From the NCBI GenBank assembly GCA_964270895.1, contig OZ185435.1: DNA of 64,000 bases. The stretch is one strand, 5' to 3'. This document shows, piece by piece, positions 13,163-23,092 of this stretch. Each line of letters starts with the position of its first letter. Within the stretch, counting starts at the first letter, position 1. Below the pieces are notes generated by a model. That model saw only the letters and a program-made list of their open reading frames with translations, did no database searches and had not been told where the DNA came from. The position numbers and the translations under genes are program-made. The DNA comes from Podarcis filfolensis. Its lineage: Eukaryota.

Positions 13163-14069
13163 TATAAGAATTGACACCAGGACTGGGCTGGGGAAGAATA
13201 TTCCCAGGTAACTAAACTTAACAATACATATCCCCAGAAATCAGCACCAGTAGCAGATATAGAAATGTAGGGCTCTTGACTAAAATTTGAAACCCTATCT
13301 CCTCCCTTATTTAATGAAGAACACAATAGCGGTGCACAGGCCTCCAAAACTAATTCAGGACAAAACTACACATAAAAAACAGAGCTACTGCCAAATATGC
13401 CTGGTCTGTGTCAATTTCTCTCCCAACCCACTTCCTAGTAATGTGTAGCACTACTATCCTGATGGCACTTCCTCTGATGTGCATTTCCATGTTAAAGGGG
13501 AGGAGGAAAAAACCAAGGACCTTAGCAGAGTAGAAAAGCATGCAGCAGAGGTCAAAGGAAAGGAAGGTGTTCTCTGCTGGAGCTGTACTCCATGTTTCCA
13601 GCAGAGAACACCTTCCTTTCCTTACTCAGTCAGTTCGACGCTTTTGCGTCTGCCATTGGTCCAGGGAACAAGAGCTGCTGTGTCACTTACAGTACCTCTA
13701 TCCCAGAAAGATCACCAGCAGGTAAGGAGTATCAACCTGGTTCCAACTGAATATAAATGCCAGTTAACATCTCACCACTTAGTTCTGGCATTGCTAAACA
13801 CATCTTCCTCCCCCCCCTTGTCTTGTGTGCCTTGTCTTTGAATTGGTAAGTAGGGCCTTTCATTCTCCCTCCCCCTTTTTTGACGGTGAGTGAGACAAAA
13901 ATATAAAGTAACAAAGCACACTTTATAGTTACGTTCTTCAGATGGAGGCTTACTTTGCAAATGGATCATTGAGATACTACAAACAGGTAGCAAGGGACAA
14001 GGTGTTGTGTTTTTACTTGGAATGGTTAAATGGGTATGTGCAGACTATGGGCTGATGCTATGTCAATGC

Positions 14070-14249
14070 CAGTGGCGTAGTGTGGGGGGTGCAGGGGGGG
14101 CGGGCCACACCGGGCGCAACATCTGGGGTTAGGGCAAATCCATGGGTTAGGGGGCGCAAATCCACGGGTTAGGGGGCGCAAATCCACGGGTTTGGGGGCG
14201 CAAATTACTTGCCTTGCCCCGGGTGCTGACAACCCACGCTACGCCACTG
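14070..14249. mobile_element. hAT-type MITE with internal 22-bp tandem repeat
   Basis: TIR CAGTGGCGTAG…CTACGCCACTG; perfect 8-bp TSD gtcaatgc (14062-14069 and 14250-14257). Confidence 0.9.
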
Positions 14250-15371
14250 GTCAATGCCAAAATCTTGTGGATACTGCAAAAAAATCCCACAACTTGTATG
14301 GATGAGGAGCACCAATTCCACAATAAGCACCTGTCTGAAAGCACTCATGTAGCCATCAGTGCAATAATATGGATGGAGATTTGGAAGCACTGCATCCTTG
14401 GCTACACACAGTAGCCTCATTCCAGAAAATAATAAGTATGGACCTTCATGTGTGAACCAGCCCACAGAGTACAAAACTAATCTTGTGTGTATAGTGGAAA
14501 ACGTAATGAATTACTGCCCAATCCAACTTTAAACTGGCAAACCAATATCAAATTCAACCACTCTCTGTTCTGACAGTGATTGAAGATTTACACCCCGACC
14601 CTTTCCTTTAGATATGGCAATACATGGAGGTGATACATTCCGGTTTTTTAGCTTCACAATGAAAAGCTGCTTTTTACTTGAAAGGACGCAGTGAGCTGTT
14701 CTCAGAACAAATGGCCCTTGAAAAGGTGCCAGGATGATTGTTAGCACTATCTATTATACCTCATATTGTGAGCCTGGTATGCCGAGTGTCTCTCCGCCCC
14801 CTGTCATTTTAATGGACAACTCTCTATTGTGGCTAAACAAATGTCAGTGCCTTTAGGGGGAACTGCAGCAATCTTTTCCGAATGATGTGCACCTGACTGA
14901 CAGGGAGGGATTCGTGAGGTTGGGAGCTAGACATAAATTCATATCATAAATTCACATACAACCATAATCTTCAGTAGATGCAGATTTTTACTCTGCAAAT
15001 ATGACTTTACAAAGAAAGGTGATTTTGGATGGCAAGGAAATAGATACTACAGAAACATTTATCTCCTTTTTTATTGTGTTGCAGCATGACAATATCCTCA
15101 AGAAATCTATTGTTCTTGGGCAAAACTACTGTAGTTGTTATAAACACAAAGCAGTTCATCTTGATGGGCTCGTATATAATCACTGTGAGTAGCATCATCA
15201 TTGTTCTCTGACAGTGCAGAGACAAATGCAAGCATCCTCTCAAAAGCAGGACTTTACGGGAAGAGGTACCTCTACCACATGAATGGGTTCCTGGAAAAAT
15301 GTTTCATAGCTACACTATCTTTAGCATTCTGTGTGGGGCAACCCTTGAAGAGTGCCCAGGAATTGTAATTA

Positions 15372-15597
15372 CAGTGGTACCTCGGGTTAAGTACTTAATT
15401 TGTTCCGGAGGTCCGTTCTTAACCTGAAACTGTTCTTAACCTGAAGCACCACTTTAGCTAATGGGGCCTCCCACTGCCGCCGCGCCGGCAGAGCCCGATT
15501 TCAGTTCTCAACCTGAAGCAAAGTTCTTAACCTGAAGCACTATTTCTGGGTTAGCAGAGTCTGTATCCTGAAGCTTATGTAACCTGAGGTACCACTG
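15372..15597. mobile_element. Tc1/mariner MITE, family A
   Basis: TA|CAGTGGTACCTCGGG…TGAGGTACCACTG|TA. Confidence 0.88.
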
Positions 15598-15659
15598 TAG
15601 TACAAAATGTGGCATTAAGGCTGATGACAACAGCCTCATCATATAGGCATATTTATTAG

Positions 15660-15740
15660 TTGCACTGCCTCCCAATGAATTTCAGGTCAAAATCAAGGTG
15701 TCATTTCTTACTTGTAAAGCCCTAAATAGCTTGGGGTTGC
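15660..15740 (+). mobile_element. Short decayed L2 fragment
   Basis: tgcactgcctcccaatgaatttcaggtcaaaatcaaggtg…aaagccctaaatagcttgg, matching the LHWLP…KALN segment of the other L2 copies. Confidence 0.5.
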
Positions 15741-18700
15741 CACATGGCTATCACAAGCCTCTCTTGAGTGTCTACGGTATACCAATAATCTAGGAACTTT
15801 TAGCACTTTGTAACTTAGCAAAGTTTCACCTCCTGTCCAACTTTCTGAAGCATGTGAATCTGACTTTTGAAGAGTTTGTAAGAAAACCATTTTTAACTTG
15901 CCAAACATGTGGTTTTTTTCTGTGCTGGGGGAAGAGGGAAACTTTGGAATGAACTTGGAAAAGCAAATTTTAAAGGTCTAACAGCCTCTATTTCCATGCT
16001 TTGCTTTGCTGCATTTTATTTTTTAAAAATCTGTGCTGGGGTTCTCTCACCAAAGAGTACTTCTTCCCAGCCTGGATCTTGGCATGCAGGAAATACTCCT
16101 TCTATATATTATTTTTCCTGGAGCCAACACATTCTACACCACAGATATGCTACAAGGCATAATTTCAAGCTTGATCTTTTCATTGGTTGACGTAGGGTGG
16201 AGTTGGCAAAACCTATAGTTACAGACTGAAGATGGCAATAGGTGGCAGCACTGACATATGGGTAGGAGGCAGAGGTAAGAATGTAGTTTGGTCAGGACGT
16301 GTTTGATGTTGTAAACTGAAACTGTCAAACTTGCTCATAGGAACATAGATGAAAACAAAGCAGGACTTCAGAACTAACAACTGGGCTTTGCTTAGGACTC
16401 CTACAAGGTAGGCTGGCTTCAGACTTGTTTACTCAGTCTTGGGAACAGAAGAGCTCTTTCTTAACTCTGCAAGTTAGCTCTGTTGCTTGCAATAATAAAC
16501 TGAGTTTGAAGATCAATGCCTCATGGCATGCGTCATAACATGGTTCATGTCTGCAGTCTGTTACATATTCCCACTTATTATGCAGGCAGTGGTTAAAGGC
16601 AACATCCTGGACCGTGATGCTACCCAGTGTGTAGCATCCTTCTCGCAGGCTTGTATAAGCAAACCGTTCCTCCCTGGGAACTGCAGCAGCTTAATTATAA
16701 ACGCTCTGGTTCTTTCTCAATCTCAAGGGGGAGGGGCTGTGGTGAAATGTGTTATCTCTATATGGAATTAAATCTGCCAGCGGATCAAGCTGTACTCTGA
16801 AGACGACTGAAATGAAGACTGCACAGATTTATTCCTTGGGACTGTGGTACCCTTCAAACTTGAACATTTTCCCACCAAGACCATCACTCAAGGACCAGCC
16901 ACTTTAACCTACATATTGATACCACAGTCTGCAGTTTGGAAAGGATGCCTTCTGCACAGGTGTTTTGTTGCTCCATCTGTCAGAGGCATCCCTTAATAAT
17001 CCCCAGCTCCTGGGCTTGCTGTCATGACCCCAAAGTTCAGCAGTGATCAGGACACCTTGCCAAGAGCCTTGGATAAGATGCCAAAATGGTTTTCTTGATC
17101 TGAGCCTAATACTGCCGATTGGGAACCCATTCATCCCAAAGCACTGGGCCCCATAGAACCGGAGCCAGGACCTTTAAGGGCACCTTCTCTTGAGCCACCA
17201 AATGCCTCCCACAGTACCTAACCAGTCCAACAGCACAAGGAAAGCTCCAGGCAGAAGGCCATGGGATGAAGAAGTACCAATCTTCAGGGTTGGCCTCTTA
17301 AATGATTTTAATTCTCCAAAGCTCCCTTGAGGGTCCTTGAAGAGGTAGACTAGACGCAGAGGCTCAACCCTCAGTTCACTTCCAACCCATATAGGAGCAA
17401 GTTGCTCACTTGAAACTCTCCGTGGTGCTGTGACAACCTACCTGCCTTGCTGCCATTCTGCCGGACCAGAACAAGACATTTCCCACACATTTCTTATGTG
17501 TGTGGCAACTCAGTCAGATGGGTCATGTACAAATAAAAGTATTATTAATTATTATTATTATTATTTCTCAAAGGCATGGTTCCCAGGTGGCAAGCTTACT
17601 AGCTTCTCTGCAATGTGATACATCAAAGTTCACAAGGTATGTTGGAGCTATTGATTATGCTCCTGAGACATAGGGTAGAATTCAACATAGCACTAAGTGA
17701 AGCATGCATGTGGGGAAAGAGGTCTGTTCACACAATATGGCTTCCCCCCCCCTTTCACCCACGTGTCCCCTAAACATGTTCTGGGGTTTCCCCCAACTCT
17801 CCAGAGCAGATTTAGAGGGTGCAGGGGGAGGTTCTGTGGCATGAGCAGCCTTCGTTCCATGCACACAATCCCACCCTTTGAGCTACAAAGAAGCCTTATT
17901 ATTTTGTCCCCTTTCCAGGATATGTCTCAGCAATGAACAGTAGTAATTATGCTGAAGTCTTGCATTTTTTTAGGTGTTTGGAATGTATTTATATTGGGCA
18001 CTGTAAAAAATAATCAAAGGATCAAATAGCAAATTTCTCACCCAAAACTTTCTGAATGGAGCATCCAGCCATGAATTTAGATCCAAACTGAAGTCTGTTG
18101 CAGTGCACAACATTCTTCTTGCCCTTGGCAGGAAGACAGTGCAATTGCCAATAATTATTGGAAGATCCCAGTGTTCGAAACTCCCAATGTTCTAGGCGCA
18201 TTTTGCGACAGGGAATTTCATTAGCGCAAGCAGTTTCTGAGCTCTGGGTGCAGCACTGCACCTCAGATTTCAGATTAAAACTGCACAGTGGAAGGAAAGC
18301 AGGGCCTTTTTCTGCCTCCCCACTTCTAGCTACTCTCTGAAGACTGGAGAAGAGACCCTCTTAAGAATATTAGGAGGGTGGGCAGGAGAAGGACTAGACC
18401 ATGTGAAAAATGAATATAATATTTTATCTGCAGTTCATTCATTTTCAGCTTTGTATTCTTGTTATTTAAAAAGTGCACCTATAAATTCTGTTGTTGCACC
18501 CATAACCTAGGTTTAAAGTGCCATTCAGCTCCTAGTTTTCATATCTCAGTTTCTAACATTGGAAGATCCTACAAAATAACACACAATTTCCTCCATTATG
18601 TAATGACAGGTCTTTACTAAGTAACTCAATTTGTACAGACCCTGAATATGAACCCAGCAACCCGTTACTCTTACTTACAAAGTGGGCTGCAAGCCTGAAC

Positions 18701-20473
18701 CTATTACTGAGGGTCTTGTTCTAATTCTACGCATGCACTTCTAAAAAAGAAAGAAGCCACTCATGAGAGTATTTTGAGAACTGGCTTTAAAAGAATGTGT
18801 GCGAAACAAATGAATTGTCAGACATTAGGGAGAAAAGAACTCGGGGAGGAGGAATCAGAACAGATACAGAAGATGAAAGGGCAGTTAAATAGATAAAAAG
18901 GAGAATCTGGTCAAAATGTATAAAGCATGAGATGCTAAGAACAAAGCAAAAAAAGAGACAGCTTTTCAAAAATAACAAGTGGCAAGAGAGAGCAAAGCCA
19001 GAAGAAAATAATCTGATAGTATTTTAACACTATTGTAATTGCACCACGAGGCTGCAATCCTATATGCATGTAGGGTAACTCTCGCTGAGCTCATTGGGAC
19101 TTACATCGAAGTAGACATGTATAGATTTGTGCCATAAAAAATGCCTTCTAGAAAAATGCATTTCCTGTATTCATAATTTGGTGGTGCAATTCCTCAAACA
19201 CCAGATGAGTTGCATGAAGGATTAAATGGTCATTTGCATGGCAGCAAGCAGCATTATTCACTATAAATCAAGAGAAGGATGAATCCAATCTGGAGCCTCA
19301 GCCATTAATATTGCTAACAAATTCCAAGTTCAGAGAATAATGATATTTTTTTAAAATCCTCAGTTGTGTTCACCTCAGTTCTTAGGCACTTGTTTTGTTA
19401 ATCCGTTTATAACAATTGAGGTTTTGTAATCATGCTTCTAATGCCAGCAGTGACTTTTTCCACAATTATTAGTCTAGGGTAGCTTGTGTTAGAAGTGGTT
19501 ATTAAAATATGGATGAGTCTGTTACAAATGCAAAGAAGAGGATTGCACATTCTTAAGGCTTTATTGGCCAGCCTGACAGCCTGCACAAAAGCTTCCAGAT
19601 TAGATTCCACTTAAAGACATTGTTCTTTTTTTCTGATTCTGCTACTTTGGGTGTAATCCTCATAGCACATTTGAAGGAGATGAATGTACAAATCCATGAA
19701 CATACAAGCACTAGCAGCCACCTTTCTCCACACCCCCAGCAGAAACTTGAGATAAGCATTGGGCCAGCAGAAACTGAATTGTCCAGAAAAGGTGTGGGAG
19801 CCATATAATGGTACCAAAATGCGGGGGGGGGGGGAGGATGATAGAATCCTTCTTTCACTTTTAGTCTAATAGAAAAGCAAACGGCCTGTTTGCAGCTCTC
19901 CTACCACTTGAAGTGCAGGCAAAACTTTCTGGGGAATAAAAATGAAAAATGGGCAGAACGCTCTGGTGGAGCTGATCCTGCCAGCAGGCTGGATCCTCAG
20001 TTCCACCACGGGCCACTTTGAAGGCTGCCAGCTTTGCCCACCTGCCACTCACCTGATGTCACCATGACATCAAGCAATCCATCTTCAAAGGAAATAATTG
20101 GGAGCACACTATTAAACTCACTATCCATTCTTTTCTTCCTTCCTTTCTTAACCGGCTTAGGTTCAAGCCAGGCTGCAAAGAAAGATTCCTGCAGAAAGCG
20201 AAGCTTGCACTCCGATCAACACTGACCGCAGACCACACTTGTGAAAGGATTGCGTGTGCCAGGTAAGGTGTGGGAGTTGCTTGGGGATGATGGTTCTATG
20301 GACCACATTAGGACCCTTGATGGGCTTCATCTGGCCTGCAGGCTGCAGGTTCTCCATGTCTGCTCTAGCACCTCTTTTCAAAACGGCGAGGAGGCATCCC
20401 TTTTTGTTTTTTGCCACCAGGCACCCAAATGTGGGTGACAAAAGTGCCTCCAGACTTTCATGGGGAACAACTA

Positions 20474-21248
20474 CCGTATTTTTCGCTCTATAGGACGCAC
20501 TTTTTCCCCTCCAAAAATGAAGGGGAAATGTGTGTGCGTCCTATAGGGCGAATGCAGGCTTTCGCTGAAGCCTGCAGAGTGAGAGGGGAGACCCTGCTGC
20601 CAGCCCCGCAAGCTCCGGGGACAGTGGGGAGGCGCAGCGTGTCTCCCCGCTGTCCCCGGACCTGGTCTGAGGGCGGGCGGCAGGGAGAAGAGCGCTTCTC
20701 CCCGCTGCCTGCCCCGCAAGCTCCGGGAACAGCTGGGAGGCGCAGCGCGTCTTCCCGCTGTCCCCGGACCTGATCTCAAGGCGGGCGGCGGGGAGAAGAG
20801 CGCTTCTCCCCGCTGCCTGCCCCGTAAGCTCCGGGGACAGCGGGGAGGCGCAGCGCGTCTTCCTGCTGTCCCCGGACCTGGTCTGAAGGCGGGCGGCAGG
20901 GAGAAGAGCGCTTCTCCCCGCTGCCTGCCTCGCAAGCTCCAGGGACAGTGGGGAGGCGCAGCGCGTCTTCCTGCTGTCCCCGGACCTGATCTCAAGGCGG
21001 GCGGCGGGGAGAAGTGCGCTTCTCCCCGCTGCCTGCCCCACAAGCTCCGGGGACAGCTGGGAGGCGCAGCGCGTCTTCCCGCTGTCCCCGGACCTGGTCT
21101 GAAGGCGGGCGGCAGGGAGAAGAGCGCTTCTCCCCGCTGCCAGCACCACAAGCGCCTGGGGGGAAAATAATTTTTTTTCCTTTATTTCCCCCCCAAAAAA
21201 CTTGATGCGTCCTATGGGCCGGTGCGTCCTATGGAGCGAAAAATACGG
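20474..21248. mobile_element. Non-autonomous Tc1/mariner-type DNA element with internal GC-rich minisatellite
   Basis: 27-bp TIR CCGTATTTTTCGCTC(T/C)ATAGGACGCAC, TA on both flanks, no transposase ORF. Confidence 0.88.
20596..21150. repeat. 108-bp tandem repeat, about 5 units
   Basis: The marker (c/t)aagc recurs at 20609, 20717, 20825, 20933, 21041 and 21149. Confidence 0.95.
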
Positions 21249-21618
21249 TAGTCCTGAAGAAGTGAGAGAAGGTATTTGGGACAGCTAAAATTTGAACTAG
21301 CTCAGCTATATCGGAAGCCTCTTTGTGGAGACATTTTGCCTTGAAAAGCAAGGTATAAATAACTAAAGAAACAAAGGGAGCAATTCCATAGCACAACTCT
21401 TAAAACCTTTTTGCAGAGTTCTGTATATTGTGCTATAAATGTACACTTGATTCTATTTTTTCTGTGCCCAATGCTCATATTTTCTCTCAATTCTTAGAAA
21501 TATTGAATTTTCTGAGCACACAAAACACCATGTTTCACATTTGTGAAAATGCTTTATAACCTTCCCTTCTGGTGCATGCAGAGTTCAGGAGTGCTGCTTT
21601 TGCTTTTTGAGGTGTTTT

Positions 21619-21652
21619 CCTTTTCTTCTTTTCTTTTCTTTTCTTTTCTTTT
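21619..21652. repeat. (CTTTT)n microsatellite
   Basis: Directly visible. Confidence 0.85.
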
Positions 21653-22825
21653 GGAGGAATGATGCTGCTTTAGGACTAGCACTGCTTAAGTGCCTTTTTC
21701 TCCTCACCAGCTGAGCCTGTGCATTTGTAAACAAACCAATACAAAAATCCAAAGTCTCCAATATTCTTTCCCTTTTAATTTGAGGAATAAGCAGCACAAA
21801 ACAACACAAAAGAAATAATTCAGATCACTATAAGAAAATGTGATCTCTCTATCTTCGGGGCTTATAGAGCTTCAGATACTGAAAATATTAAATTTCATGG
21901 CACCCTGGTGACAAAAGATGCACTATAACTCTAGCTATTATCGTCTGATCCCAGTCAGACCAGTTCAGTCACTTCCATTTCCCTGTCCAAATAATGTGGA
22001 AATATACATGGTACAGACTGCAGTACGGAAGTGGCTGTTAGTACACATCTTTTCGCTTTTGTTTGTGCCGCCTTCTTAACATTCTCTCAGCGTCTTTCCA
22101 GCTGTATGCATTAACTTTTAATTAGCATTCCCTCAAACAAAGCAAGAATCCTATTATTAACCACTGGAGGTGTTAATTTGTTTAGGAATCAGGATTGCCA
22201 GGATCTATCTCTCCCTTCTCTATACCTCCACCCTTCCTGCATAAGCAAAGCTCTGAGACAAATTGATTTGACTGGGGTTTCTTTTCTCCCCTTACAGGAT
22301 CATGTAACAATTAAAGCAAATAAATGAAATTAAAAGAAAATTGAAATCCGCTCTTTCGACAATACTTCTGATTTAATTTTATTCATGCTAGTGAATAAAA
22401 CATGAGATTCTTCCCCAACCTTTGAATGAATGAAGCAAGTTGCCTTGTGCATCATACAGTGCCGCCTGCTGGCTGCTAATTTCTCCAGTGTTTGCTTTTG
22501 TACTTATCTACCCTTTGAGATGTTCAGTGCCATTAATCACTATTTACTTATCATTACTGAAGTACCTTGAAGCATGTTAGAACTAGTTTTCCCAGGATAA
22601 GGAGCTAAAACAAGACTCTCTAAACCGCAAACTTTATAATCTAAGCTGAGATGAAACAATGAGTGTCGATAATATAGTGCTGGGGAAAGCATGAAGCATT
22701 CAGAGATAAATGAAGGTTGCAGCAACAATTCCTGTAGTTACTGAGGTCAAACTTATAGCTGAAGAAGGAGTTCATATGAAATGTATTTATTGGTTTAATA
22801 ATAATAAGTGACAAAGTACAACAGT

Positions 22826-22948
22826 TCAGGGATGGGGAACCTGTGACACTCCGAATGTTGTTCAACTCCAACTCCCATCAACTCCTGCCAATATGGCCAT
22901 TGGCCAATGGTCAGGGATAATGGGAACTGTAGTCCAACAAAAACTTTG
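22826..22948. mobile_element. Older truncated hAT-type MITE
   Basis: Starts CAGGGATGGGGAACC; same actccaactcccatca…gggaactgtagtcc inverted architecture as the adjacent younger element. Confidence 0.6.
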
Positions 22949-22956
22949 CCTTAGAC

Positions 22957-23092
22957 CAGGCATAGGCAAACTTGGCTCTCCAGATGTTTTGAGACTACCA
23001 TTCCCATCATCCCTGACCACTGGTCCTGTTAGCTAGGGGTGATGGGAGTTGTAGTCCCAAAACATCTGGAGGGCTGAGTTTGCCTATGCCTG
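22957..23092. mobile_element. Palindromic hAT-type MITE
   Basis: TIR CAGGCATAGGCAAAC; perfect 8-bp TSD ccttagac (22949-22956 and 23093-23100). Confidence 0.9.

Noticed and set aside
20471-21205. 226-aa, 202-aa and 120-aa ORFs
   Set aside because: Artefacts of a GC-rich 108-bp (36-codon) tandem repeat inside a transposon; open on both strands with no domain.
21585-21809. Lys-rich minus-strand ORF resembling an NLS-bearing C-terminus
   Set aside because: The Lys/Arg run is the translation of a (CTTTT)n microsatellite.
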